The notes beneath the pieces were generated by a model that saw nothing but the letters and a program-made list of their open reading frames with translations, ran no database searches and was not told where the DNA came from. From a virus, in the IMG/VR virus record IMGVR_UViG_3300027777_000034, positions 8,394-72,393 of that record: 64,000 bases of DNA. One strand, given 5' to 3'. Positions 10,024 through 20,984 of the stretch are shown piece by piece. A program made the translations under genes and the position numbers. The first letter of the stretch is position 1; every line of letters starts with the position of its first letter.

Positions 10024-11297
10024 ACAGAAGACATTTTATAAAACATACGGCTGGTATTTCTGCACTTTCTTTTGTGGGCAAAGTTAAAGCACAAGAAGAA
10101 ACACTTAAAAAGTCTGGAAAAAAACTTATTGTGTTGTGGATGGGCGGTGGTCCTAGTCATATGGATCTTTGGGATTTAAAACAGGGGCAAGCAAATGGTG
10201 GTGAATTTAAACAAATACTCACTTCAGCAAATGGAGTTAGCATTAGTGAAGTTCTTCCAACAATCGCTTCTCAGTTTCACAATTTAGTTGCTGTTCGATC
10301 TCTTGTGACCAACGAAGGAAGTCATGAGAGAGGAACCGTTTTAATGAATACTGGGCATCAACCAAGCGTTGTTGTGCAGTATCCATCCATTGGATCGGTA
10401 ACATCTTCTCTTTTAACATCAAAAGAACTACCACTGCCAGGATTTATTGGTATTGGAAATTCAGCACAAAGAATTGGGCCAGGATTTTTAGGAACAAACC
10501 TAGCACCATTTACAGTACAAAATGCTGGAACTCCACCAGAAAACATTAAAGCACCAAAGGAAATAGATGATGAAGAAAGACTTAGGAGAAGACAAAGACT
10601 GTTTTATACATTGGAAGACGATTTTTCGGAAAGAATTGCACCTCATATTAAAAATAGTGTGGCTAGAGAAGCTATGGGCAATCATGCTCAATCTCATTCT
10701 AATATCTATGGCAAAGCCTTTGATCTTACACTATCTCCGTTAAAAACAATATTTGAACTAAAAGACGAAAATCCTAAAACGATTGAGTCTTATGGTGGTA
10801 GAGGAAATAACTTTGGAATGGGTTGTCTTCTTGCTAGAAAGTTAATTTCTAAAGGAGTTAGCTGTGTACAAATCGATTTGGGTGGATGGGATAATCATAG
10901 CAATATCTTTAGTGCTATTAGGAATGGGAATGGGAATCGTCTTGATATGGGCATGGGATATTTGGTCAAGGACTTGGTAGATATGGGTATGTGGAAAGAT
11001 ACTGTAGTTATGTGGATGGGAGAGTTTGGTCGTACACCCAAGATTAATCAAAATGGTGGGCGTGATCATTGGGCCAGATGTTGGTCTGTGGTTCTTGGTG
11101 GTGGTACTATCCAAGGTGGACAGGTTTATGGTTCTACAACCGCTGATGGTATGGATATTAAAGACAAACCTTGCAGTATTTCAGATGTTTATGCTACAGT
11201 ATACAAAGCTTTGGGTTTAGACCCAATGTTCCAAATTAGGGATAATTTAGGGCGACCAATACCTATATCAGAAGGAAAGGCTTTAGATATATTTTGA
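10020..11297 (+). CDS. DUF1501 family protein with Tat signal peptide
   Basis: 'MNRRHFIK'; 'LWMGGGPSHMDLWD', 'CLLARKLI', 'GGWDNH', 'GEFGRTPKIN...GRDHW'. Confidence 0.9.
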   Translation: MNRRHFIKHTAGISALSFVGKVKAQEETLKKSGKKLIVLWMGGGPSHMDLWDLKQGQANGGEFKQILTSANGVSISEVLPTIASQFHNLVAVRSLVTNEGSHERGTVLMNTGHQPSVVVQYPSIGSVTSSLLTSKELPLPGFIGIGNSAQRIGPGFLGTNLAPFTVQNAGTPPENIKAPKEIDDEERLRRRQRLFYTLEDDFSERIAPHIKNSVAREAMGNHAQSHSNIYGKAFDLTLSPLKTIFELKDENPKTIESYGGRGNNFGMGCLLARKLISKGVSCVQIDLGGWDNHSNIFSAIRNGNGNRLDMGMGYLVKDLVDMGMWKDTVVMWMGEFGRTPKINQNGGRDHWARCWSVVLGGGTIQGGQVYGSTTADGMDIKDKPCSISDVYATVYKALGLDPMFQIRDNLGRPIPISEGKALDIF

Positions 11298-12262
11298 TTA
11301 ATTACTCTTTATGTTTATTTGGTCAATTTGAAAATTCTGTTGAAGAATCTACAAATAGTTTGCGTAGGTATTCAACAGGATTACTTGAGCATTTTTTAAA
11401 ATTAAACCATGTTGATTTAAAAGTTGTTCAATTTGATTGGAAAACAGAGCACAATCCAGAAAAAACTTTTGAAAAAATTCCAAAGTGCGATTTTTTATTA
11501 ACAACTCTATACACATTAAATGTTTTAAATAATCATCATTTAGCAAAAGAAAAAGTTAATTATAAAACCTCAACATTTTTAGAAAATAAAAGTTTGTGGG
11601 ATTATTCATTTGGAAATCTAAGGGAAAGTTCTCCAGATTGCTATATCCCATACCCTTGTTCAAAAAAATTTTTTAAATATAAAGAAAAAATACCAAAAAC
11701 AATTCTTTTAGATGACCATAATCCAGAAATAGGTTTTGGAAAAGACATATCTGTAGAAATAACAGATTGGTTAACTGAACTTGTAGAACAAGGTTATAAA
11801 CTTTATCAGCTAACAAAAAAAAATGATGTGCCAAATTCAAAAATTATAGAACCAATATTTAAATGTAATTATAAAGAGTACATGGAAAAAACATCTCAAA
11901 TTGAATCGTTTATAATGACTCATCCCGGAGCTTATGAGAATTCTGTAATAGATATGGTTCCAAGAGGAATAAGAGTATTAGTTCCCATAGATCAGGGAAC
12001 ATTTAAAAGATATGATAAGACAGAAGGTTTTATTCCAATGGAAATAATCAAAGATTTTGAATTAGGCACATTTAAAAATAAAGAACAATTAATAAATTTA
12101 ATTAAAAAACCAATTGACAATTCAAATGTTGAAAAGCATATATCTATGATGACAGATATAGAAGAAGTTGTTTTAACAATAGACAAAGTTTTTCAAGATA
12201 TAGTAAAAAAAATAGCAAAACATATTGATTATAAAATTTTTTTTGATAACCTAAATCTTTAA
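11294..12262 (+). CDS. Hypothetical protein, possibly GT-B fold
   Basis: Weak GT4-like C-terminus 'THPGAYENSVIDMVPRGIRVLVP'. Confidence 0.35.
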   Translation: MINYSLCLFGQFENSVEESTNSLRRYSTGLLEHFLKLNHVDLKVVQFDWKTEHNPEKTFEKIPKCDFLLTTLYTLNVLNNHHLAKEKVNYKTSTFLENKSLWDYSFGNLRESSPDCYIPYPCSKKFFKYKEKIPKTILLDDHNPEIGFGKDISVEITDWLTELVEQGYKLYQLTKKNDVPNSKIIEPIFKCNYKEYMEKTSQIESFIMTHPGAYENSVIDMVPRGIRVLVPIDQGTFKRYDKTEGFIPMEIIKDFELGTFKNKEQLINLIKKPIDNSNVEKHISMMTDIEEVVLTIDKVFQDIVKKIAKHIDYKIFFDNLNL

Positions 12263-12336
12263 CAGGAAGAACGAATGTGTTAGTATCTAACATATTGTTT
12301 TGTTAGAAAGTTTAAAACCTTTAAGGAGGAAGATTT

Positions 12337-12552
12337 ATGTTTGATTTATTGTTGGCAACATCGATTGCCTTTGGTTCTGAATCTGTTAATGCTATTGGAC
12401 TTCGTTCTAAGTCCAGTTGTTCTGGTGGCGTTTGTTCATCTTCTGCACCTATTGCAGTTGAATCTAATAAAAAACCAGAAACAAAGGTTGTTGTTGATTT
12501 GCAAAAACAATCTAAATTTAAAAGCATTATTCGTGGAAAGAAATGTAAGTAA
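12337..12552 (+). CDS. Small secreted protein with CxxGxC motif and basic tail
   Basis: AAGGAGG RBS, hydrophobic N-terminus, 'SCSGGVCSS', followed by a terminator. Confidence 0.55.
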   Translation: MFDLLLATSIAFGSESVNAIGLRSKSSCSGGVCSSSAPIAVESNKKPETKVVVDLQKQSKFKSIIRGKKCK

Positions 12553-12562
12553 AAATAAATGT

Positions 12563-12588
12563 AAAAGGGGGGCTTTTGCCCCCTTTTT
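12563..12588 (+). terminator. Rho-independent terminator, probably bidirectional
   Basis: AAAA-GGGGGGC-TTTT-GCCCCC-TTTTT. Confidence 0.8.
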
Positions 12589-14162
12589 ATATTAAAATGG
12601 ACAGTAAAAATGAAAAAAGAACTAATAAATAGCTGGCAACCTAGCAATAAAAAAAAAATAGATTTAAGCAATTTAAATATTGATGGTTATAAAATAAATA
12701 ATAGCAATGCAACTTTTTTAGGCAAACGATATGAAAAAATTTTTAAACCATTAACAGGACTTTCTTTATATAATATCCTGACAAATGAAGAAGTGTTAAA
12801 ATCATCAGAAGTTTTAAAATCACACATTAAAAAAATTAAAGAAAATAATTCAAGTTTAAAAGATTTTGAAATTTGTGATCTTGAAAATTTTCAAAGAATG
12901 TTAGAAATTTATGGCAATAATGGATTTTGCTTATATTCTTGGTACTAATATGTATAACGCATATATTCAATATATTAACAACAACATGGAAATTTCTAAA
13001 AAACATGTTGGAAAAATAGAAAATTCTGAAGATATAGCCACAAAAGTTATTCAAGACATATATATGTTAGAATATATGTATATGCCAATGGCAATTTTAA
13101 TAGTTGAAGAAGATGGAAAAATAATATTAAAGTATTCAATAGAAAAAATTAATGAAAAGTTTTTTCTTGTTTCGAGGTAAAAATGAACATTGATTCCTTA
13201 GTAGAAAGATTAAATAAAAAAATAAAAGATAGCATTACATTTAGAAAAACAGATGAAAAGATATTATTGATTTATTATAAAAACGAATCATATAAAAGAT
13301 TTTTAACAAATCAAATTTTACAATTCTGCAATGAAAACAAATTAGAAATATTTAATGTATCTCCATATAAATATGATATTGTTAATTCATGTCACTTATA
13401 TAAAGAGAGTGATTTTTATTTAAATATGTTTTATGAAATAAAGATAAGTAAAAAAGCAGAGTATAATAATGTTGTTATTTTTAAGGATATTGATTCTTTT
13501 ATTTCTGATGACAAAACAATTGGTTTAGTAGAATACATAAATGATTTTAAAAGATCTATCAATGATAATACAAAATTTATAATTGTTATGACAAATAAAC
13601 GACAAATAATGAAACCGTTTTGTAAAAGCGATCCAAGTTTTTTGGGCATTGATTTTTATGGTTGTTTAACAGAAGCAGCATTTTTTGATGTTTCTAAAAA
13701 AACTCCAGAAGAATCTTTAAAAGAATTAACTCAAGATGAAAATAAATTAGGAGAAATAAATGAGGATTGATGTTTTGTCAAGAATGAGTTTTAAATCTGG
13801 AACACTAATCTTAATTCAAATTGAAGACTTGAAAAGATTAATAGATAAAAAAATCAACAAGAAGATAGATGAATATGAAATAATATGTGATGTAGTTGAA
13901 AATGGTGGTGAAATGGTTAGCATGGACCCATACGAAAATGTTTCCATAGGAAAAATGTACACTCTTGATGAAGACGGTGGAAATTCTACAATTTTAAGGG
14001 TTGGACCAGTTATAAACAAATCAAAAAGACTTTTAGATACTGGTGAAAAAACAGCACAAGAATACTGCATATACAAAAAAAACAAGGAAAACATAGACAT
14101 GAGCGAAATAGGAGATTTTTTTATGAAAGAATTAGAGAACTATAAAAGGGAGATGCTTTAAG

Positions 14163-14786
14163 GTGAAAACTGATAAAATAACAACTAGAATTGAAAATGG
14201 TAATAGTTTAGCAGATAAAGTTGCTAAATATTTAAACTTTAGATTTAAGTACGAATTTGAAAAAGCTTCTATTGAAGAAGATAAAAAGTTAATGATTGAT
14301 TATAAGTGCAAAAAGACTAATAAAACTGCACAAATGAAGTGTCGTGAAAATAAATCTGACATTATTTATGAGGCAAAAAGATTTTATTCTACTGATGGTT
14401 CATCTTATGAAGAAGCAAATGGTAGAGATGTTCGAACTGAAGCAACATTGTATGTGTGTTTGTCCGCAGACAAGCGTAAAATCATAGTTGCAGAAACAGA
14501 AGCAATTAAAAAAATAGTTCAAAAAGAAATTCAAAAATTAGAAATAACACTTAATCAAGTTAAACAATACGAAGAAGAATGTCAGAACAACAGAAACAAA
14601 ACAAAAAAACTTTTATCTAATAAATCTAGAATTGAAGTATGGTTTAAAGTTGACGAGGGAGTAGATTCAAGGCATTATAGTAAATTGCTTGTTTTTATAC
14701 CTTATTCTGCTATATTTGAATCTGTGGTAATTGATTTAAAAAGTCACGAAAACATTGAAGATGAAAGGACTTGGAAAAATGGATAA
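14163..14786 (+). CDS. Putative PD-(D/E)XK-fold nuclease
   Basis: 'EEDKKLMIDY...TAQMKCR' fits the D...(Q/E)xK arrangement. Confidence 0.4.
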   Translation: MKTDKITTRIENGNSLADKVAKYLNFRFKYEFEKASIEEDKKLMIDYKCKKTNKTAQMKCRENKSDIIYEAKRFYSTDGSSYEEANGRDVRTEATLYVCLSADKRKIIVAETEAIKKIVQKEIQKLEITLNQVKQYEEECQNNRNKTKKLLSNKSRIEVWFKVDEGVDSRHYSKLLVFIPYSAIFESVVIDLKSHENIEDERTWKNG

Positions 14787-15375
14787 TGAAATCATATTTA
14801 ATCAAAGAATACCTAGTTTGCTTGTTGTTGACAACTTTTATAAAGATCCAGATTGGATAGTTGAAAAAACAAAAGATTTTGATTTTAAAGAAGAAAACAA
14901 ATTCTACAAAGGAAAAAGAACAACAGGTTGTTTGTTTCCTTATGTAAAAGAAGAATTTGAAAAGTTGTTGCAAGTAGAAATAGTAGATTGGTTAAATCAA
15001 CCAATGAATGGTGTTTTTCAAATAACATCTGGAAATGACCCATTAGTATGGCATAGTGATTCACAAGACTATGCAGCAGCAGTATACTTAACTAAAGATG
15101 GCCCAACAAATGCTGGAACATCATTTTGGAAAGATAAAAAATATGGCTGTAGAAGACCACCAAGTCATCCATTGGAAAATAGAGAAGACATAAATGAATC
15201 AGACATATACACACAGCATAGCTTATTAAATGAAGATAGTTGGGAGTTAGTAGACAGAGTTGGGTCTGTATATAACAGACTAGTTCTTTGGGATGGAAAA
15301 ATGATTCACTCAGCCACAATGTACGGTGAGTTTTCTAGGTTAGTTCAACTATTCTTTTTTAATGTGAAAAAATAA
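14779..15375 (+). CDS. 2OG-Fe(II) oxygenase-like protein (DUF6445-like)
   Basis: 'VVDNFYKDPD', 'WHSD', 'AAAVYLT...GTSFW', 'YNRLVLWDG..IHSA', 'RLVQLFFF'. Confidence 0.75.
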   Translation: MDNEIIFNQRIPSLLVVDNFYKDPDWIVEKTKDFDFKEENKFYKGKRTTGCLFPYVKEEFEKLLQVEIVDWLNQPMNGVFQITSGNDPLVWHSDSQDYAAAVYLTKDGPTNAGTSFWKDKKYGCRRPPSHPLENREDINESDIYTQHSLLNEDSWELVDRVGSVYNRLVLWDGKMIHSATMYGEFSRLVQLFFFNVKK

Positions 15376-16626
15376 ATGCCATACTTTTCTATAGTTACGC
15401 CAACGCACAATACTCAATTCCTTGCTAGACTTTCTCGCTCTATAGCAAGGCAAACATTTAAAGATTTTGAATGGGTAATTGTTCCTAATGGAAATGCCAA
15501 TATTGATGTTGAGTCTTTGGATTTTAAACCAAGGATTGTAGTATCAAAAAATCCTGATTCAAAATTAATTGGACTCTTCAAAAAAGAAGGGTCTATGGGA
15601 TCAAATGGCATTGTGGTAGTTGAAGTTGATCATGATGATGAATTAACAGAAGATTGTTTGCAGGAATTATATAACGCATTTAATTCAGATCAAACAATTG
15701 ATTTTGCATATTCAAATTGTGCAGAAATAGACCCTGATGGAAAGCCATTTGTTTACTCTGATTATTATGGTTGGAGAAATAGACCATTTAAATATCATGG
15801 CAAAGATCTTTTAGAACTAATATCATTTGATTCAACTCCAGCATCATTCTCTAAAATTTGGTTTGCCCCAAATCATGTTCGTGCTTGGAAAAAATCGTTT
15901 TACGAAAAGATTGGTGGACATGATGAAACAATGGAAGTTTTAGATGATCATGACATACTTTGCAGGACATACATACAAGGAAATGTTAAACATATAGATA
16001 AGTGCTTGTATATTTACTATAAGCATAAAAACAATACTTGTTACGGTGAAAAGAATGCTTTCATTCAAGAAGAGACATTAAACATTCATGATAGATATAT
16101 CTACGCATTAGCTGAGAAATGGTGTGATCTTAATGGTTTGCTTAAGATAGACCTTTGTGGAGGTTTTAATCCTCCAAAGGGGTACAAGTCAGTAGACATG
16201 CATAACGCAGAAATTATACATGATTTAAACGATCCTTGGCCTTTTAAAGATGGTGAAGTGGGATTGATAAGAGCACATGATGCACTTGAGCATTTAAAAG
16301 ACCCAATTCATGTGATGAAAGAAGCTTATAGATGCCTATGCCCAATGGGTTGGTTTTTAACTCAGACTCCATCTACAGATGGTAGAGGTGCTTTTCAAGA
16401 TCCAACACATATATCATTTTGGAATAGCAATAGTTTCTGGTATTACACAAAAAGAGATCAGGCTAAATACATTGGAACACCAGTAAGATTTCAAGCAAAT
16501 AGAATTAAAAACTTTTATCCAACCGAATGGCATAAGACACACAATATTCTTTATGTAAAAGCTGACATATTAAAAGTTCCAGATGAAGCATTAAAAATGA
16601 GAGTTCCTGGTGAAGTATCAATATGA
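15376..16626 (+). CDS. GT2 glycosyltransferase fused to a methyltransferase-like domain
   Basis: N-half 'FSIVTPTHN', 'EVDHDD'; C-half 'KIDLCGG', 'HDALEHLKD', 'GAFQDPTH'. Confidence 0.8.
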   Translation: MPYFSIVTPTHNTQFLARLSRSIARQTFKDFEWVIVPNGNANIDVESLDFKPRIVVSKNPDSKLIGLFKKEGSMGSNGIVVVEVDHDDELTEDCLQELYNAFNSDQTIDFAYSNCAEIDPDGKPFVYSDYYGWRNRPFKYHGKDLLELISFDSTPASFSKIWFAPNHVRAWKKSFYEKIGGHDETMEVLDDHDILCRTYIQGNVKHIDKCLYIYYKHKNNTCYGEKNAFIQEETLNIHDRYIYALAEKWCDLNGLLKIDLCGGFNPPKGYKSVDMHNAEIIHDLNDPWPFKDGEVGLIRAHDALEHLKDPIHVMKEAYRCLCPMGWFLTQTPSTDGRGAFQDPTHISFWNSNSFWYYTKRDQAKYIGTPVRFQANRIKNFYPTEWHKTHNILYVKADILKVPDEALKMRVPGEVSI

Positions 16627-17180
16627 ATCACATATATCAACTCCCACAGTTTGGAGAAGATTGGTTTAATTATAAAGACTTTTATAAGTCAATGGTTAAA
16701 AAGTTTCCTTATGGAAGCAAATTTATTGAAATTGGATCGTGGAAAGGAAAAAGTTCAGCTTATCTTGCTGTAGAAATTATAAACTCTAAAAAAAACATAA
16801 CATTAGATTGTATAGATACATGGAAAGGAAGTTCTGAACATGTAGCATATGAAAATATAATATCAGATGATTTATACGAATTATTTATTAAAAATATATC
16901 TTCTTTGTTAAGTGTAATTAATCCAGTTAGATTAGATTCTATATCTGCATCAAAAAACTATGAAGATAAAACAATAGACTTTATATTTATAGATGGTAGT
17001 CATGATTATGAAAATGTAAAGGCAGATATAAATGCATGGTTGCCAAAAGTTAAATTTGGTGGAATTATATCTGGTCATGATTATGGTTCTTGGAAAACTG
17101 TAACAAAAGCAGTTGATGAGTTTTTTGAAGATAAAAAAGTTTTAATTATTGGCGACTGTTGGATTTATGAAAACAATTAA
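16623..17180 (+). CDS. Class I SAM-dependent methyltransferase (Methyltransf_24-like)
   Basis: 'IEIGSWKGKS', 'DFIFIDGSHDYENV', 'GGIISGHDY'. Confidence 0.85.
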   Translation: MNHIYQLPQFGEDWFNYKDFYKSMVKKFPYGSKFIEIGSWKGKSSAYLAVEIINSKKNITLDCIDTWKGSSEHVAYENIISDDLYELFIKNISSLLSVINPVRLDSISASKNYEDKTIDFIFIDGSHDYENVKADINAWLPKVKFGGIISGHDYGSWKTVTKAVDEFFEDKKVLIIGDCWIYENN

Positions 17181-17197
17181 ATATTGGAAAAAATAAT

Positions 17198-17563
17198 ATG
17201 ATACATAATGTATTTATTGGAACTGGTGAATTGATTGATAAAATAACAATTTTAAAAATAAAGTGTTCCGTAATAAACAATGAAAATAATATTAATCAAT
17301 TAGAAAGTCTTTTAACTATTTATAATCAAATGCCAGAAAATTTAAGAATTAAAATTATTGAATTTGAAGAAGAATTATTTTATATAAATAAAGTAATATG
17401 GAAATATGAAAATATAGTAAGGTCAAAAGTTAATGATGAAGAAATTTTAAAATCTGCAAAATCTATATTTGAATATAATGATAAAAGAAACAAATTAAAA
17501 AAAACAATAGATGAAGAAACAATTAGTGGATTTTTTGATGAAAAAAAACATGAAATAAATTAA
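17198..17563 (+). CDS. DUF6165-like helical protein
   Basis: 'GELIDKITILKIK...IWKYEN...NDKRNKLKKTI...EKK'. Confidence 0.6.
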   Translation: MIHNVFIGTGELIDKITILKIKCSVINNENNINQLESLLTIYNQMPENLRIKIIEFEEELFYINKVIWKYENIVRSKVNDEEILKSAKSIFEYNDKRNKLKKTIDEETISGFFDEKKHEIN

Positions 17564-18273
17564 TTATTCCAATTTTCTTTAATTCTATTGTAAACCTTTT
17601 CTCTAAAATCAACATGATCTGCAATAGCATTACATGCAGCCAAATGAAATCCAAAAGAATCATTGTTTGTTTTTGACCAATGTTGTTCAACTGAAAATTT
17701 ACAAGCAGTATCGATATCTGCATATTTAAAACCAAAATTTAACATTTGTTTATATATTGTACAACACAAGAAAACATCTTCAGCATGATCACAATATGAA
17801 TCGCCAATAATTTCTGATGCTTTATCCATAAATGCTTTTGACCTTAAACAAAAACCACCATTGCCAACATGATTTGAACCTTTTGGAGATTGAGGCCAAG
17901 AAGCACCAATATAGTCATATTTTAAAAAATCATTTGTCCACTTTTCTGGCTTATAAATTAAACCATCATGTTGAACAATTAGTGCAAATTTTGTTTCTAT
18001 GTGTTTTGAAAATTCTTTAATCATAAAATTGTCATATTCTCTAGCAGACGATATTTTATTTATGTTTACATAATTGATGCCATATTCTTTTAATTTGTAA
18101 TGTTTTATGTCTGAAAAATAAATTGCTTTATTAAAAGTTATTCCGCAATTTGAAAAACAATGAATTATTGATTTTGCAGCATTGTCGTAATTCTTGCAAT
18201 CTACTACACAAATTGTTATATCATTTAAATTGTTCAAAATGCTCCAATCAATTAAATAATTTGACAGATGCAC
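17560..18273 (-). CDS. DUF5672-like glycosyltransferase-related protein
   Basis: 'LIVQHDG', 'YDYIGASW', 'VGNGGFCLRSK', 'AEDVF', 'FSVE', 'FGFH'. Confidence 0.75.
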   Translation of the reverse strand: MHLSNYLIDWSILNNLNDITICVVDCKNYDNAAKSIIHCFSNCGITFNKAIYFSDIKHYKLKEYGINYVNINKISSAREYDNFMIKEFSKHIETKFALIVQHDGLIYKPEKWTNDFLKYDYIGASWPQSPKGSNHVGNGGFCLRSKAFMDKASEIIGDSYCDHAEDVFLCCTIYKQMLNFGFKYADIDTACKFSVEQHWSKTNNDSFGFHLAACNAIADHVDFREKVYNRIKENWNN

Positions 18274-18531
18274 GAATAGTAATATATTACAATTTTAAAG
18301 GAGTTAATCAAGATGAAAGCTATAATAAAAGATTTTGTTGGAAATTATTTTTGTAGAGAACCAGAAGTTGGATTAACAAAAGTAAAAAGTAATGCATATA
18401 TTTTTGATTGTTACAATGAAGAACATTCAAAATTAATATTAGAAAAAACAAAAATGTTTATATCTAATGATGATTTAACCTTAGAGTTTGTAGAAATGAC
18501 AGAAATAAATTTAAATTTTTAAAGGAAAAAA

Positions 18532-19002
18532 ATGAACATATTTGTATTAGATAAAAATCCAAAACAAGCTGCTGAATGGCATATGGATAAACACATAGTT
18601 AAAATGCCTTTGGAAACAGCACAAATTTTATGTACCATTCTTAATGGTCATAGTGTTATGACACCTTATAAGTCAGCATATGTTAATCATCCTTGCACAA
18701 TTTGGGCAGGGAAAAGTATGGGTAATTTTATTTGGTTGTGCGAATTAGGCATATATCTTTGTGATGAGTATTCTTATAGATATGAAAAAGAACACAAATG
18801 TAAAAAAATTATAGAGGAATGTTTGACATTTGCATGTAAGATACCAAATCTTGAGATGACAGAATTTGTTCAAGCTATGCCAGAAGAAATAAAATCAAAA
18901 AATCCAATAGAATCATATAAAATGTATTATATAAAATTTAAATCCCATATAGCAAAATGGAAAAAAAGAGAAGTCCCAAATTGGTACAATGTGATACTAT
19001 GA
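18532..19002 (+). CDS. Pyrimidine-dimer DNA glycosylase-like phage protein
   Basis: 'MNIFVLD...DKHIVKMPLETAQIL', 'NHPCTIW', 'QAMPE', 'KWKKREVPNW'. Confidence 0.7.
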   Translation: MNIFVLDKNPKQAAEWHMDKHIVKMPLETAQILCTILNGHSVMTPYKSAYVNHPCTIWAGKSMGNFIWLCELGIYLCDEYSYRYEKEHKCKKIIEECLTFACKIPNLEMTEFVQAMPEEIKSKNPIESYKMYYIKFKSHIAKWKKREVPNWYNVIL

Positions 19003-19183
19003 AAATTAAAAAGAATAGACAAAAAAAAGCAAGAAGAATAATGATATTGGCATCTATTAGAATGTCAAAAAGCATTGGTGTAAAATTTAATAGAGTTTGT
19101 ATGGAAGATATACGAGATGTTTATATAAACATGTTTGGTGTTGATAGTTTAATTAAAAGATTTGATATAGCAAGCATTGTTGT

Positions 19184-19747
19184 TTAAATATTTATTTTTC
19201 TTTTATCTATAATAAATAGTATGTCATCATTCCTATTTTTTATTTTTCTAAGGTCGTGAATATAAATATTTTTAATTAAATCTTGATGAACATGTTTAAT
19301 CAAAGTATCAATCCAAGAAATGTTTTGAACATCTTCTATTACAATAATTCCGTTTTCATTTAATTTACTTTGATATCCATCTAAAAATGAAATCATACTT
19401 TTTAAAGTGTGAGGACCATCATCAATAATTAAATCAAAGTTGTTTTCTGGAATAGAATCTATAAATTTTTTACTGTAAGCATCTTCATGTATTATTTTTA
19501 ATCTTTCTTTTTCTTTAAAAATGTCGTTTTTATCTTCTATATCTATTCCGTAAATTTCAGCGTTTAAAAAATATTCTTTCCATAACAATATGCTTCCACC
19601 ATGATCAATTCCTATTTCTAAAATATTTTTAGAAGACGATTGTATTTCAGAGAATAGTTCTGAATAAACATGATCAATGTAAGAATGTACTGTATTTTTA
19701 TCAGTATAAAAATGTTTTGAACTATAAGTTTCAGATAATGTTTTCAT
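19184..19747 (-). CDS. Class I SAM-dependent methyltransferase
   Basis: 'TDKNTVHSY', 'ILEIGI..GGS', 'DLIIDDGPH', 'IVIED'. Confidence 0.8.
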   Translation of the reverse strand: MKTLSETYSSKHFYTDKNTVHSYIDHVYSELFSEIQSSSKNILEIGIDHGGSILLWKEYFLNAEIYGIDIEDKNDIFKEKERLKIIHEDAYSKKFIDSIPENNFDLIIDDGPHTLKSMISFLDGYQSKLNENGIIVIEDVQNISWIDTLIKHVHQDLIKNIYIHDLRKIKNRNDDILFIIDKRKINI

Positions 19748-19752
19748 TGTTT

Positions 19753-20187
19753 TTAACCTTTTGGAGATTTTGTTTTTATACCAACTTTATTGTATTCACT
19801 ACGCATTTTTGGATTATCATCTATAGCAAAAAGTATTTTTTCTTTAATACTTTCAGCGTGTTTTTTTTTAGATTCATTTTGATCTTTTGGATTACCGCCA
19901 ATGTTATTCATCATTAAACGATTGTATTTGACTCCAGCTTTTTTAAGAGCTTCTACTGTGTCTTTCCTATCCTTTTCTGGTCTTCCTGTTATTATGTAGA
20001 TTTTATTTTGTTTTGATAACTTATTAACATAATCAACCATTTTTTTAATTGGATATATGCCATTACGCAAAATTGTATTATCTATGTCTACTATAACTAC
20101 TGAACATTTTGTTAAAAATATTTGTATTTGTTCATAAATATTAAACATTAAATATTCCTGTGTTAAATTACCAATCAAGTTTTTCAT
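19753..20187 (-). CDS. HAD-family phosphatase (PNKP 3'-phosphatase-like)
   Basis: 'VDIDNT', 'ITGR', 'AIDDNP'. Confidence 0.75.
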   Translation of the reverse strand: MKNLIGNLTQEYLMFNIYEQIQIFLTKCSVVIVDIDNTILRNGIYPIKKMVDYVNKLSKQNKIYIITGRPEKDRKDTVEALKKAGVKYNRLMMNNIGGNPKDQNESKKKHAESIKEKILFAIDDNPKMRSEYNKVGIKTKSPKG

Positions 20188-20983
20188 AAAAAAAATTAGA
20201 TAAACTATTATCTATGTTATAATAAAAACACCTTTTATTAATCCATTCTTTTAATTTATTCTTATTTTTTTCTAAAATTGCATCTTTTCTTAATTCATCA
20301 AGTTTTTTATCCGTGTCATTGTGATTTCTTTTATCTTTATAATGAAAAGAAAAAACTTTAAAGTTTTTTATTTTTATGTAAGAGCTAAAGAATCTTTCAT
20401 GTATAAATGGAAAAAGATTTAAAGAATAATCTTTAGGATATTTAAATGAAGAATTGTGTATGTTTTTAATATCTTCATCTAATTCATCAAGTGCTTCAAA
20501 ATAATTTGAAAAAATTTCATTATAACCATCCCAAAATTTTTTATTTGCAATAAAGTAACAACAATAAAACATTTCATCAGTGTTCATTGGTTCATAAAGA
20601 TGTTTTAACTCTATTTTCAATAATGGAAAAAATTTTTCTAAAAATTTAATTGATTTTGAGTTTTGAGAATACAAGTTTTCCCAAACATTGTAATAACAAG
20701 CTGAAACATTGTAGAATGGGTTAAAAAAATATATATCATAACCATTATTTTCTTTTATTTTATTTATAATTTCTATTCCAGGAATGTTCATTTTTGATTT
20801 ATAATTAACACTAAAACAACCCCAAAAATTTAAATTTTCTTCAATAGCTTTTTCATAACATATTTTATTTATGTAGTACTCTCTTAATTCTGGTATTAAA
20901 TTTTCTGTATTGTCTAATTTTTCAAAAGATTTATCTAAAATACTTTCTTGATATTTTTTATAAAAACATTGATAAATTTTCAT
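20168..20983 (-). CDS. Glycosylation-associated hypothetical protein
   Basis: 'MKIYQCFY', 'PELREY', 'FIHERFFS'; located in a glycan gene island. Confidence 0.4.
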   Translation of the reverse strand: MKIYQCFYKKYQESILDKSFEKLDNTENLIPELREYYINKICYEKAIEENLNFWGCFSVNYKSKMNIPGIEIINKIKENNGYDIYFFNPFYNVSACYYNVWENLYSQNSKSIKFLEKFFPLLKIELKHLYEPMNTDEMFYCCYFIANKKFWDGYNEIFSNYFEALDELDEDIKNIHNSSFKYPKDYSLNLFPFIHERFFSSYIKIKNFKVFSFHYKDKRNHNDTDKKLDELRKDAILEKNKNKLKEWINKRCFYYNIDNSLSNFFYEKLDW

Positions 20984-20984
20984 T

